From UHGV virus genome UHGV-0041836: DNA of 41,113 bases, one strand, 5' to 3'. This stretch comes from a virus. The notes under the pieces are model-generated. The model was not told the DNA's origin. It worked only from the letters and a program-made list of their open reading frames with translations, and did no database searches. Positions 8,521 to 18,757 of the stretch are shown here, one piece after another (the first letter of the stretch is position 1; each line of letters begins with the position of its first letter). The translations under genes were made by a program, and so were the position numbers.

Positions 8521-8888
8521 ACCTCCATCTTGATAGCCGCAGCTATGTATACAACTGTGTCAAGTTGCATTTAATACCATAACAAAGCTGTCATCAATCC
8601 TTCAGAGGCTAACTTACAACCACTTTCTCGACACGTTTAAATCATTACGTTTCACATTTACTGCATTTTCGCCGAAGTTACCTATAAGGTAATGTCACAT
8701 TTCCTGCAAGTTTCATGCAATGTTGAAAAGTGAGCTATTCACTTTTCTATGACACCAAACACCAAAAATAGCACTTTTTGCTAAATCATTCGTCCAGGTT
8801 GTGGATGGTTTGTCGTTGACACGTTTTCACACACCACTCCACCAATAAAGTATCATCTGGTATCCTGAGCAAAACTAAGGAGGTTGGT

Positions 8889-9278
8889 GTGAGGCAATTT
8901 CTTGCTGCTATGTTCTTATTCATATCTTTTGGGGCTACAGCAGAGTGCTGGGTAGTTGGAGATATGCGCGGAATAAGCTATTCAGAACGAAATAATTTCC
9001 AACCAGAAGAAGATGGTTTTAGTGGAACATTCATCATTAAGACAAGCGGTGAAGATGCCAGCATCACATATTCTGGGGCAGATGCGGGCGGCATGGCTTA
9101 CAAAGCATTGTCTAAAAACTCCATCATAGGAATCGGCGCAAATGGCGAAACTCAACGCGTTATCGACTCATGGGTAATACATCCTACTGGAACAGTTTTA
9201 ATGTCAAAAACCATTTCCGGTTATGGAAATATGGATTCAACCAAAGCTTTTGTTGGAAAAGTAAAAAGAAAATGTTAA
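8889..9278 (+). CDS. small secreted protein (Sec signal peptide, AxA cleavage site), moron of unknown function
   Basis: 129 aa; GTG start with AAGGAGG RBS 6 nt upstream; N-terminal hydrophobic segment FLAAMFLFISFGATA followed by EC; Cys near both ends of the mature protein; opposite strand to the flanking late genes, preceded by a 368-bp AT-rich region. Confidence 0.6.
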   Translation: MRQFLAAMFLFISFGATAECWVVGDMRGISYSERNNFQPEEDGFSGTFIIKTSGEDASITYSGADAGGMAYKALSKNSIIGIGANGETQRVIDSWVIHPTGTVLMSKTISGYGNMDSTKAFVGKVKRKC

Positions 9279-9302
9279 CGATTGAATCCAATTACCCATA
9301 CG

Positions 9303-11132
9303 TTACTGCTGTGTTGCCTCAGTAGCAAACAGCGGTCTGATGGCATTCGCAGCATTATTCAGCGCTCTTTCATAAGCTGGCGTTCCAGCTTTAGTGTTTG
9401 CCAGACGTAAGAGCGCATTCCTTGTTGCTTTGGACTCATACAGGCGCATCATTGTACCGAAACCAGATTCAAGCGCCAGTGTTGCCCCAAGAGTCGCAGT
9501 TGCGCCAATCGTCCTTATCCTGTTGGCTTGCGATTGCCCTGTCTGAGTTACAACATTTGCGATGTCTGACCTTGCTGTTTGCTGTAGAACTTCATGAAGA
9601 GCATCAAGCTCTTTCATGTGTCTCCCACTGAATATCGTGTTATATATCTGACCGTCAGATTGCGACTTCAACTTATTTAACTCGGTAAGAAATTTTGTTG
9701 GCGAGTCTCCTGCCTTTTCTGCAATCTTGCTAATATAAGCAGCACGCATAGCGTTCTTTCCATCTTCACTAAGAGCAGGCCATATCCTCTTAATATCTGA
9801 TGGTTTTCTGCTGAATACAACGCTGTTTATTAGCTCTGGAGTAAACTCTTTTTTAGCTTTGTTGAGATTGTTCGCAATCCTTTTATTGAGAACCTTATTG
9901 AAGACGTTGGAGTAGTCAGAGTTTGCTTTGACGTATCTGGCAGCCTCTCCAGCCCCCAAATACCGTGCTGCGTTATTCCTCAAATCTGAACCCATTGCCC
10001 TCTCCACGGCATCAGTTGCGGCTTTCGCGCTATTAGGAAAAACCATGGCATCTCCCTGAATACTTTCCCTTAATGCTGACCGCAACTCTCTCAATAGTCC
10101 AAAATCTACATCTGGTTTAGCAAGCTCTTCTCGCAAATCGGATAGCCCGCGAATCAAATCCTTATTTGCCACTTTCCCAAGCCTGTTAGCCCTGGTAAGC
10201 ACGTTGTCGATAACCTTAATGGATTTTGATGTGTCAACAGGTGTATCTCCCATTTTAGTTGTAATGTCTTCAATAACGCTTCCAGCTGAATCCTTCCTTG
10301 ACTTCAGAGAACCATACAGATCGTCAACAACAACTGATGGGCTATATTCACCATATTTCTCAAGCTGTTTTTTAACTAGCTGACTTCTTTTTGCATATTG
10401 CTCCGCACGCTTTGAACCTGTCCCGAGCAAAGCCCCCTCGGCATCCTGAGTAAGGCCGCGAGTGAAAGCATTTTTCGGCGGGATAACATCAGATGTCATT
10501 GGTGTCACGCCCATCGATTCTGATGTGGCAATTTTCTTCGCCACTTCTGGCGCAATATCACCTTTTATAGCCGTTATTCCACGCCCTATTCCCTTTGCTG
10601 CTGCGGAAAGAACCCCCTGAGCGGCAAGGTTAACTCCGGCATTTTTTGCTGCATTTTGTGCGAAATCGCCTTTCTGATTTGCGGCCTCTGCCAGTGATCC
10701 AATAGCCATGCTTCCTGCCGTTCCAACTCCTGGAACTAAATACCCGCCAATTGTTTCTCCAGTTTGCGCATAAGGGTCTGTCGGTCGATCGACTGGACGA
10801 TAGACATCATCCAATACTTTTGGACCACCAAGCCCCTGACTGATTGCATTAATCAGACTTGCGCCACCCTGCAATACGTCAAATGGTATGTTTACCAGAC
10901 CACGACCAGCCTGTTCTGCAATTTGCCCTGCACTTTGACCACCTGTGAGCCAATCGCCAGCTTGTTGCATCAATGATGGTTCTTCCCGTGTTGGTGCATT
11001 ATTGGCCTGATTAACTGTTTGTTGCTGAACAGCCTGACCAGCAAAATACTCATCAATGGCGGCCCCAATATCTTCGGTGCTCGTACCATCAGGAAAGGTA
11101 AATGTCTTACCGTTTGCAGTTACTTTCATCAT
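9303..11132 (-). CDS. ejection/internal virion protein, P22 gp16-like
   Basis: 609 aa (same length as P22 gp16 as recalled); position after gp20-like gene in conserved P22 order. Confidence 0.8.
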   Translation of the reverse strand: MMKVTANGKTFTFPDGTSTEDIGAAIDEYFAGQAVQQQTVNQANNAPTREEPSLMQQAGDWLTGGQSAGQIAEQAGRGLVNIPFDVLQGGASLINAISQGLGGPKVLDDVYRPVDRPTDPYAQTGETIGGYLVPGVGTAGSMAIGSLAEAANQKGDFAQNAAKNAGVNLAAQGVLSAAAKGIGRGITAIKGDIAPEVAKKIATSESMGVTPMTSDVIPPKNAFTRGLTQDAEGALLGTGSKRAEQYAKRSQLVKKQLEKYGEYSPSVVVDDLYGSLKSRKDSAGSVIEDITTKMGDTPVDTSKSIKVIDNVLTRANRLGKVANKDLIRGLSDLREELAKPDVDFGLLRELRSALRESIQGDAMVFPNSAKAATDAVERAMGSDLRNNAARYLGAGEAARYVKANSDYSNVFNKVLNKRIANNLNKAKKEFTPELINSVVFSRKPSDIKRIWPALSEDGKNAMRAAYISKIAEKAGDSPTKFLTELNKLKSQSDGQIYNTIFSGRHMKELDALHEVLQQTARSDIANVVTQTGQSQANRIRTIGATATLGATLALESGFGTMMRLYESKATRNALLRLANTKAGTPAYERALNNAANAIRPLFATEATQQ

Positions 11133-12544
11133 TCCACCGTAAATTGAATGCCTGATTTTGAGGTATATGATCCAACCTGATTCCGTGGTTCTCCTGAAGG
11201 TGTCGAATCTTGTGCTGGCGCTGCGTCAGTATTCATTGACATATACCGCTTAACGGCACTCCCCAGTGATTCACCTTTTTTAACATCCAACCCCAATATC
11301 TGACCGCCATTACGCGATTGTCCAGGGTTGCCATTCGCGCTCATCCACTCGGCTTTAAACTCATTAAACTGCGCGTTTCGTCGCTCAAGGTTTGCCATTG
11401 CATCAAGCCATCTTGCGACCGTCTCAGGGTTATCCATGTCAGTTGGCGCACCCTGTCGAACGATCTCAACGTCTTTATCCGTTGCTGGGCCGGGAGGTAG
11501 GAATTTAAGAACCTGACTGTTAACAAGGGCATTTTGGCGGATGCGCAAATCACGCAATGTCGTATCGCTTCCGGTAAGTTTTGCGAACATGTTCTGTGCG
11601 TTACCGAACAAACCTGTCGTTGGTTTTTCTGCTCTGAACTGTTGAGCAAGCGCACTCATAGAATTGGCTGAGTTTGATGATGCTGTGGCATTGTTTACAG
11701 CCGTCTCGATGCCTTTTTCCATGTTTACTGACAGCTTAGGTGCTTCACTAATCAACTGCTGAGCCTTTTCCTGCGCTTGCTGCATCTTAAACCCGAACTC
11801 TTGCTGATCCAGAGCCAAGCGTTGTGCTGCGATATTGTGCCCAGTCATTGCTGACTGATAGGAAAGGTTTTGCCCTCTCGCCTGAAGTGCTTCTCCAGCC
11901 TGATTGCTGCGGATTGTCTCTGCCAGTTTGCCTCGGTCAATTTCACGACCAGCCATCTTGTCCTGAACAGCAAACGCCTTTTCTGGTCCAAGCGCACCGA
12001 GAGACATAGTAGTCAGCATGTGTGATAGCTGCTCTGGATTCTGGATACCTGTCTGAATCATCCAGTCAGCATTCGCCCCCACGCGATTTAACCTGTCCTT
12101 GTTGTCAGTAATGAATTTACTGTAGGCTTCCGGTCCCTGGGAAAGAGCGACGTTAGCCCTCATGGCTAAATCGCCCATATCGTTGCGTTGCTGCTCATTA
12201 AGACCGGAAAACGCCTGTTGTGCCTGTGCAACAAACGCTGGATTTTCCTGGGCAAACTTAAATAGTCCAGATGGATCACCAGAAGCCCATGCATCAGCGT
12301 GAACCTTATTGAACGCACTAATAGCTTTCTGTTGCTGTTCCTGATTGTAAATATCAGCAACTCCAGCCAGACCACGTAACGCGGTCAGACCAATGTTATT
12401 TGCACCTGAGCGAGCCAGTTCATTGTTTTCGCGGATCAGACCAAGCGTTGCGTTAATGTCGCTTGCCTTTGGCGCATTCTCATTTTGCGTACCGATGCCA
12501 GCCAGAAAACCACCAGAATTAATACCCTGTTGCCACGTAGCCAT
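11129..12544 (-). CDS. ejection protein, P22 gp20-like
   Basis: 471 aa; conserved order gp7-gp20-gp16; overlapping stop/start with neighbours. Confidence 0.8.
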   Translation of the reverse strand: MATWQQGINSGGFLAGIGTQNENAPKASDINATLGLIRENNELARSGANNIGLTALRGLAGVADIYNQEQQQKAISAFNKVHADAWASGDPSGLFKFAQENPAFVAQAQQAFSGLNEQQRNDMGDLAMRANVALSQGPEAYSKFITDNKDRLNRVGANADWMIQTGIQNPEQLSHMLTTMSLGALGPEKAFAVQDKMAGREIDRGKLAETIRSNQAGEALQARGQNLSYQSAMTGHNIAAQRLALDQQEFGFKMQQAQEKAQQLISEAPKLSVNMEKGIETAVNNATASSNSANSMSALAQQFRAEKPTTGLFGNAQNMFAKLTGSDTTLRDLRIRQNALVNSQVLKFLPPGPATDKDVEIVRQGAPTDMDNPETVARWLDAMANLERRNAQFNEFKAEWMSANGNPGQSRNGGQILGLDVKKGESLGSAVKRYMSMNTDAAPAQDSTPSGEPRNQVGSYTSKSGIQFTVE

Positions 12545-12553
12545 GATTACCCC

Positions 12554-13243
12554 TTAAAACAACGAGCCAAGCAGACCAAGACCGCCGCCGATCGCAGCCC
12601 CCCACGGAGTTGATGAACCAATTAATTTCGCAAGTCCAGCCCCAGCAATGGCACCAGACGCACCTCCGCCAATAGCAGATTGCATTGCTGATGGTCTGTT
12701 GGCGTTTGCCGCTGCAAGAGCCGCGCTTTGCTGTGAAATCTGGCTCATGTTGTTGGCATATGTTTGCCCAGCATTTGCCTGCCCCTGAAGCGCGCCAAGA
12801 CCAATATTTGCCAGATTCTGGTAGTTGTTCATTTGTCCAGATAGCCATTGCTGACCAAGCGTTGGTGCGATTGTTGCTAACTGATTACTGGTTGAGGTGG
12901 AACCCAATCCACCTGTTGCTTCCGCTGCCGCCAGACTCTGATAGCGAGCCTGACCTGCAAGGTCTTTATACTGCTGAGAGTTGTAATACTGGTTAAGTGC
13001 CTGACCTTGCCCCTCCAGAGACGATAAGTTCTCGAGGCTGCCGACATACTTCTCAGCCAGAGGAGTAAACGGCTTCAGGTTATTCATGATGGTGTTGAAC
13101 TGCTGATTTTGCAGGTCTGCGGCATACTTCTGAGCTTCTGCGGCATACTTTGCACTTTTATCGGAGCCACCTTTCCCGCCTTTTTCAGGGCAATAAGGTT
13201 CCTCGCCGCGCAGTTTTCTGCCCAGCTTAAATGCATATAACAT
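12554..13243 (-). CDS. ejection protein, P22 gp7-like
   Basis: 229 aa; Gly/Ala/Gln-rich with C-terminal hydrophobic segment; conserved position. Confidence 0.8.
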   Translation of the reverse strand: MLYAFKLGRKLRGEEPYCPEKGGKGGSDKSAKYAAEAQKYAADLQNQQFNTIMNNLKPFTPLAEKYVGSLENLSSLEGQGQALNQYYNSQQYKDLAGQARYQSLAAAEATGGLGSTSTSNQLATIAPTLGQQWLSGQMNNYQNLANIGLGALQGQANAGQTYANNMSQISQQSAALAAANANRPSAMQSAIGGGASGAIAGAGLAKLIGSSTPWGAAIGGGLGLLGSLF

Positions 13244-13245
13244 GG

Positions 13246-13701
13246 CTATCTCCCGTGATTCAGGAAGTCGATTAGTTCTTCGCGTGTGGCGCTGTAAAAC
13301 GTCACGTCATCCACGCCTTTGAAGTATTTCTTGATGGTTCCTACACGCTTAAGGCCAACCATTGCGCAGTACATCTGCCCGTGGCGGAATTTGCGTGCAG
13401 CGAACGATGTGACGCACTGAACGGTGGTGTTAGTCAGAATGTATCGCCAGAACGCCAGCCCGATTTCCTTGCTGAAGCCGCGAATCTCTGGCAGGTACAT
13501 GGCGTGGCAATCAAAGGTTAGCGGCTGAATCTCCTGATAGTAAACAATTCCGCCGAACTGCCCGTGCACGTTCACCTCAAAGTAACGGCATTCAGGTTTG
13601 TAGTCGTATCCATCACCGTTGTTGCTCCCGGCGATAATGTCATGGTGATTTCCTACGGCTTCTATCAGGTCGATGTTTCGCGTTGGTTTGAATGTAATCA
13701 T
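13246..13701 (-). CDS. head assembly protein, P22 gp14-like
   Basis: 151 aa, between tail-needle and gp7-like genes. Confidence 0.7.
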   Translation of the reverse strand: MITFKPTRNIDLIEAVGNHHDIIAGSNNGDGYDYKPECRYFEVNVHGQFGGIVYYQEIQPLTFDCHAMYLPEIRGFSKEIGLAFWRYILTNTTVQCVTSFAARKFRHGQMYCAMVGLKRVGTIKKYFKGVDDVTFYSATREELIDFLNHGR

Positions 13702-14402
13702 CAGTCAATCAGCCCATGTAATCTAAGTGCCGTTTCAATCGCCAGAATACGCTGCCGCGCCTGCTGCAAACCTGTAGCGAGAGCCGCGACTTCGGATTGT
13801 GTGTACGTAGTGCCGACCGTGTATGACTGGTTAGCGTTGAATGAGCCAAGAAGAGGTGTACCTGTGGCTGCAGTCCATCCGGTATTTCTTGCTCCAACAA
13901 CCTGAATTCCATCAACTGAATATGATGTTTTTACATCCAGCGGTGACGCAAGAGACTGCGATTCGGTTACGGTTTTCGATACGTAATCACTCTTAATGCC
14001 AGAGACATCGTTTTCTACGTCATCCAGTCTTTGGTCAACAGTGACCAGATGCGCCTGAATATCGATAACCTCATCCAGCAAGTAATCAACATCGCTACGC
14101 AGTACGACTATCTTCCCTTCGGCAGTTGTTAACCTGACCTCAAGTAGATTTATCGCTTTTGTGTTTGCGGTGATTCTTGCGTCGTGATCAGCCAGTTCGA
14201 CATCCTGTTCATCGTTTTTTACCTGGGCATCGTAAGCGCCCTGACCAGCCTGATTTGCCTTCCCGGCAATTGCGCCGACATCAGCCCCCTGATTAATGAC
14301 ATACAGCAGGTAAGACTGGCTGAATATATTGCGTGGAAGGATTGATGTATCGAGTCGTGTAGCCTGAATTGTTACCGGCTCATTGAGATTCGAATCAGCC
14401 AT
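13701..14402 (-). CDS. tail needle (cell-envelope penetrating plug), P22 gp26-like
   Basis: 233 aa; N-terminus [73 protein letters not shown] closely matches P22 gp26 as recalled; coiled-coil heptads. Confidence 0.9.
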   Translation of the reverse strand: MADSNLNEPVTIQATRLDTSILPRNIFSQSYLLYVINQGADVGAIAGKANQAGQGAYDAQVKNDEQDVELADHDARITANTKAINLLEVRLTTAEGKIVVLRSDVDYLLDEVIDIQAHLVTVDQRLDDVENDVSGIKSDYVSKTVTESQSLASPLDVKTSYSVDGIQVVGARNTGWTAATGTPLLGSFNANQSYTVGTTYTQSEVAALATGLQQARQRILAIETALRLHGLID

Positions 14403-15820
14403 TACTCAATCCTTATCTGGCAACCAGACAGAGTGACAGGTGACTTCGTGATAACGCGCAATTTGAAGCCGACATTTTTCCTGATGCGCCCTACTCGCTT
14501 CCACAAAACACGTTTGTCGTAAACGAACGGTTCATTCTGCTCAATCATCTGCTCACGCCCGTAATTGATGCCGTCAGTGGTTGCAGAGAGAAAAAGGCGG
14601 TCAGCATACTGCGCAACGCCAGTTGACGACTCAACCTCAAGGTCGAAAACTCTGGCGTTATCCGCTTTGAACAACGGAGTAAACAGCAGGTGTTCCTGTT
14701 GCCTGTCGTACTGGCTGCTGATATCGAACTGCAATTTCCCTGTCATCGATTCAAGCTTATCGCCGCACGTAATTTGGTTGCCTTCGTAAATGAAGTCGAT
14801 AGCGCGGTACACATCGTCATACAGGCCTGTTTTCAGTACACACCATTGCGGACCATTGGCGCTTGAAGATGCGTCGTACACGAGGACGTGGCGCGGCAGG
14901 TGAATAATCAGCAACTCATGAGCATCAAACCGCAACGATTCCATCACGCCATCAGCCAGTTCATCAGCAGTGTAGGAGCGGAGGATTTTCTCAATGCTCG
15001 CGCTGGCTATTGGTGATACCTGACCGGAGCCGATGATGTATACAGAAGGCGCGCCTGTTGCCGGATTGCTGATGAACGCATACGAATCAGCAAACGGCGT
15101 TTTGCAGTAAGTCCCGGCAATACCTTTCTGCACCATCAGCGATGGCTGTGCGACATACAAAGCGGCACCAACAGTGGTTGCACCAGTCATGGAGAAATAT
15201 TCAATCGTTGATGAACCAAAGCAGACAATGAAGTCTCGCCATGTTCCGATGCCGATAATGCCGTCAGGCTGCGATTCTGCGCGATATTGTGCGCTGTATC
15301 GGTCAGGGTGCGATTCGTCTTCAGGGTCAGTAATAAACCATGAATCCGTGCCGTCTTTTGACCACGCATAACGCCCACGTAAGCGTGTAATGTCGCGGAC
15401 TGAACCTAACTCATACTGCGTAAATCCGCTGTCTGCAGGCCAGTTTGAGACGGTTTTAACCGTGCCATCATAGCGATACTCAACCAGTTGACCATTAACG
15501 CCTACAGCCTGAGATGTTCGACCATGCGCCATTGATACACGACCACTTCCGGCAACATCACCGACTTCACTTTCTCCTTTGTACAGCTTGCCGCCACACA
15601 CGCGATAAACAGCATTCTGCGCCATGTTGTACTCAACTCCGCGCGATACACCGTTTACATCAGAGCGTTTGGCAATGCCCGGGAATGAGCGAAGATATCC
15701 GCTGCTGTTAAGGATTTCTTTGGGTGTAGCCAACATATTCACTGGCAGATAGTCGATATAGTCGGCGTTTCTAAAGTCTTTGCCGACACCTTTCATAAGC
15801 GGAAGTTGCTGAATCGGCAT
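14402..15820 (-). CDS. tail hub protein, P22 gp10-like
   Basis: 472 aa; conserved position between gp4-like and gp26-like. Confidence 0.85.
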   Translation of the reverse strand: MPIQQLPLMKGVGKDFRNADYIDYLPVNMLATPKEILNSSGYLRSFPGIAKRSDVNGVSRGVEYNMAQNAVYRVCGGKLYKGESEVGDVAGSGRVSMAHGRTSQAVGVNGQLVEYRYDGTVKTVSNWPADSGFTQYELGSVRDITRLRGRYAWSKDGTDSWFITDPEDESHPDRYSAQYRAESQPDGIIGIGTWRDFIVCFGSSTIEYFSMTGATTVGAALYVAQPSLMVQKGIAGTYCKTPFADSYAFISNPATGAPSVYIIGSGQVSPIASASIEKILRSYTADELADGVMESLRFDAHELLIIHLPRHVLVYDASSSANGPQWCVLKTGLYDDVYRAIDFIYEGNQITCGDKLESMTGKLQFDISSQYDRQQEHLLFTPLFKADNARVFDLEVESSTGVAQYADRLFLSATTDGINYGREQMIEQNEPFVYDKRVLWKRVGRIRKNVGFKLRVITKSPVTLSGCQIRIE

Positions 15821-15829
15821 TTATTCACC

Positions 15830-16291
15830 TCACGTACTCGGATCATCTTTCTCGATGTAAAACCGATTCCACGTAAACGCGCTTTTGTTACCACTACCGC
15901 GAGGCATGTCATTTCGCCGCTCAAGTGGTGGTATTTTGGTTAAAGCGATACAGATTGTCTGATATGCACTGTCAGCAGCGGTAAGGAGAGCGTCTGACGG
16001 CTGAATGACGTTATCCATGCACACTTGCACAGCGAGTTTCAAAGCGACGCCATCATTTGCCCATGCAGGGATACCTGAATCATCGTCAGGTAACGGCATG
16101 ATGCCGTTTTCTGTATCAGCAAACTGATATCCAAGCTCGATACCTTTAGCCTGCCATGCTGCCATCATGTCTTCGAGGTCATTAATGGCATCTTCAATTG
16201 CCTGAGGGTCAGCATCTGTCAACGTGGCATTGGAATACAGCCCGGCTTTTCGTAAAGCCTTTAGAACGAGATCACCCTTCGTTTTCGCCAT
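15830..16291 (-). CDS. head-tail adaptor, P22 gp4-like
   Basis: 153 aa; KTKGDLVLKALRKAGLYSNATLTDADPQAIEDAINDLEDMMAAW resembles P22 gp4 N-terminus as recalled. Confidence 0.85.
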   Translation of the reverse strand: MAKTKGDLVLKALRKAGLYSNATLTDADPQAIEDAINDLEDMMAAWQAKGIELGYQFADTENGIMPLPDDDSGIPAWANDGVALKLAVQVCMDNVIQPSDALLTAADSAYQTICIALTKIPPLERRNDMPRGSGNKSAFTWNRFYIEKDDPST

Positions 16292-16460
16292 CTTCTTCCG
16301 CCTTAGCCACTTTTTGCTTCGTTGCGGTTTCTTCAGGAGTTTTTACCCAACCTTTTTTCAGGTGAGATTTAACTTCTTCGTCATCAACAATGACGTAATC
16401 GACAGCAAACTGACCACAGGTGATCATGTTGCCAGGCTTATAGAGCATTGTTCGTGCCAT
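16272..16460 (-). CDS. small hypothetical protein between coat and adaptor genes
   Basis: Likely start MARTMLYKPGN at ATG 16460 with GGGAGAAG RBS; the longer track ORF starts at 16499; overlaps gp4-like start by 20 nt. Confidence 0.4.
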   Translation of the reverse strand: MARTMLYKPGNMITCGQFAVDYVIVDDEEVKSHLKKGWVKTPEETATKQKVAKAEEDGENEG

Positions 16461-16501
16461 TGTCTTCTCCCAATAAAAATGGGGCCGAAGCCCCACCAAA
16501 A

Positions 16502-17755
16502 TTACTGCCCGGCAATAACGATGCCCGTATATTCAGGAACAAGTACAGAGCAACCGTACAGAGTGGTGAAACGAGCAGTGGTTACGCCTTTGATGTGGTC
16601 GAAGGCATAAGACATGATCAGCGTAGCGCCCTGCTCGGTGGTTGCTGTCATTACCTGTGGACCCTGACCTGTCGGGAATGCCAGTTTGCCGTACATCAGC
16701 TCAACAGAACCATCAGCCCAGAAGAGGTTAGCAGGTGCTGCGTTCTTGTTGAGAATGGTGATTGCTGCTGATTCTGCCGGTTTGGCATCGACGTTTGCAT
16801 ATGGACGACTCGCAACATCAGTATTTTCAACAGGGAGAATCTTTGGAGAAATTGTTACGGTAGTTCCGCTAACAGCCAGAACACGGAATACCTGCGGTTG
16901 ACCGGTGGTATCTTTTGTGATCTGGTGTACGGAATTCACACCGGCAATGGTGAACGCATCACCAACCTGCAAGCCAGATGCAGATACCGTAATAGTCCCC
17001 TGTCGGTTATCAACTGGCATACCATTTGAATCTTTCGCTTCAACCTTGTGTTCAGGTTGGCCTGATACTGTCAAGGATTCAGTGCTTCCTTTCGGTAATC
17101 GACCAGAAATATCGGTCTTGTAGCTATCGAAGGACGCAACCGGAGGGATTTGCGCTTTTTCGTATGCTGTCAGGGTTGCGCCCTGAGCATAGGCACGGTG
17201 ACCAAGCTCGCCAGCAAGGTCTTTGTAGTTGAAGGGGTTCCAGAAAGAGCGACGGTTGATACCCTGAGGTACACCAATCGCCGTCATGGTGGCATCAATA
17301 CCTGCCGCACAGTTCCACAAATCACGGCCCTGTGTACCTGCGGTTGAGTCAGCCATCGTGATCACGTTAGTAGCACGCTGCGTGACCATGGAAATCAGGT
17401 CAGAGTCAATCTGTGCAGCAAGGCGCATACCTGCGGCGCGACCAGCTTCAGTTTTATGTTCCGGATCACGCATTTCACGCGCATCCAGAGTGTACAGAAT
17501 GTTTTTCGGCTCCTTGAACACTGAAGGAACAAGGCGCTGAACCAGTGCTGTTGGCGTTTTGCTGCTGAGGTCGAGGCCTTCCTCAATATTCATGTGGTAA
17601 TGCTGCGGACGATACAGAACATCACCTGCTCGCTGCATTGCTGTATCACCGGGACGGAATTTTTTAGCGTTACGGGAAACTACGCAGGCGGCCTCAAAGC
17701 CTTCAACGTAGTTTTCGAACATGATTTCAAGGTCTTTTGCTAATTGGTTAGCCAT
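16502..17755 (-). CDS. major capsid (coat) protein, P22 gp5-like (HK97 fold)
   Basis: 417 aa; follows scaffolding gene; length and position consistent with P22/Sf6-type coat. Confidence 0.88.
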   Translation of the reverse strand: MANQLAKDLEIMFENYVEGFEAACVVSRNAKKFRPGDTAMQRAGDVLYRPQHYHMNIEEGLDLSSKTPTALVQRLVPSVFKEPKNILYTLDAREMRDPEHKTEAGRAAGMRLAAQIDSDLISMVTQRATNVITMADSTAGTQGRDLWNCAAGIDATMTAIGVPQGINRRSFWNPFNYKDLAGELGHRAYAQGATLTAYEKAQIPPVASFDSYKTDISGRLPKGSTESLTVSGQPEHKVEAKDSNGMPVDNRQGTITVSASGLQVGDAFTIAGVNSVHQITKDTTGQPQVFRVLAVSGTTVTISPKILPVENTDVASRPYANVDAKPAESAAITILNKNAAPANLFWADGSVELMYGKLAFPTGQGPQVMTATTEQGATLIMSYAFDHIKGVTTARFTTLYGCSVLVPEYTGIVIAGQ

Positions 17756-17773
17756 GCTTAATGCTCCAATAGG

Positions 17774-18667
17774 TTATTTTTTTGCCTTTTTAGCGGCGAA
17801 ATACGGCGTCCAGTCACCAGTTTCCAGCGCCTTGGCTTTCAATTTGTCGAGGTTGTTGATTACTGCGCCGTTGCTCCCCTTAACCGTCGGGGTTGTGGCT
17901 GCCGTGGTTTTTGCTTTTGGCATGATTCTGGCCTTCGATTCGATACGTTCCAGCAGACGACCAATTGCTACGGGGTTGGTAGCTTCTGCCAGTTGCTTGC
18001 GCAGTTCAGCGTTGCGACCAAGCGCCAGAACAACGATTTCCGGCTTCTCTGACTCAAACAGGATCGCGTTTTGTGTCTCGATGGGGATTTCCTCGAGTAC
18101 GGCCTGCTCAGCTTCCTGATAGCCAGGAACTTTGAGAGCCTTAACACGTTGCTGATATTTGGATAATCGCTCTTGATAGGCAGCCTGAAGCTCCTGCTCC
18201 TTCTGCTTGCGAGCCATCTCCTGTTGCTGGTACTTGCCATTATCCTCTGCCCACTTAGCCATGCGTTGCTGGTAGATTTCTTCATCGAAACCGATGTCCT
18301 CATCATCCAGTTTTGGCATTCGCGGTGGTTGAGTGATTACCGGCTGCTGCTCGACGGGTTTCTGAGACTGACGCATCAGCTCTTTCAGCTCGCGGTCTTT
18401 CTCTTTAATCGTCTTGCGCAGGTGTTTTACCAGTCCATGCTCAGCGCCATCTTCGCTGGTTGGCGAATCCAGCTTTTCGTCACCAAAGTAGAATTCCTGT
18501 TCTGATTCGTCGTCATCAGTTTCAGTAGCCTCCTCTGCATCATTGCCTGAGGACTCACTGCCATCTTCTGTTTCGACTTTTTCAGCCAGTTCGACATCAT
18601 CAGGAATCTGCTCTGACGCGTCGGTTTCGATTTCAACTTCTGGTGTGTTTTCTGCCATCTGGTCCAT
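17774..18667 (-). CDS. scaffolding protein, P22 gp8-like
   Basis: 297 aa, highly charged/acidic N-terminus, helical C-terminus; between portal and coat. Confidence 0.85.
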   Translation of the reverse strand: MDQMAENTPEVEIETDASEQIPDDVELAEKVETEDGSESSGNDAEEATETDDDESEQEFYFGDEKLDSPTSEDGAEHGLVKHLRKTIKEKDRELKELMRQSQKPVEQQPVITQPPRMPKLDDEDIGFDEEIYQQRMAKWAEDNGKYQQQEMARKQKEQELQAAYQERLSKYQQRVKALKVPGYQEAEQAVLEEIPIETQNAILFESEKPEIVVLALGRNAELRKQLAEATNPVAIGRLLERIESKARIMPKAKTTAATTPTVKGSNGAVINNLDKLKAKALETGDWTPYFAAKKAKK

Positions 18668-18757
18668 TTGTTACCCCTGTTTACTCGATGTTCAGCCCAT
18701 CGGAAGGCAATAGGGTGCCAGGCCTCATAAAGACAGCCATTGCACGTTATGGGTTAA

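Noticed and set aside
12519-12848. 109-aa minus-strand ORF overlapping the gp7-like gene in another frame
   Set aside because: Cys/Trp-rich improbable translation embedded in a conserved structural gene; alternative-frame artefact.
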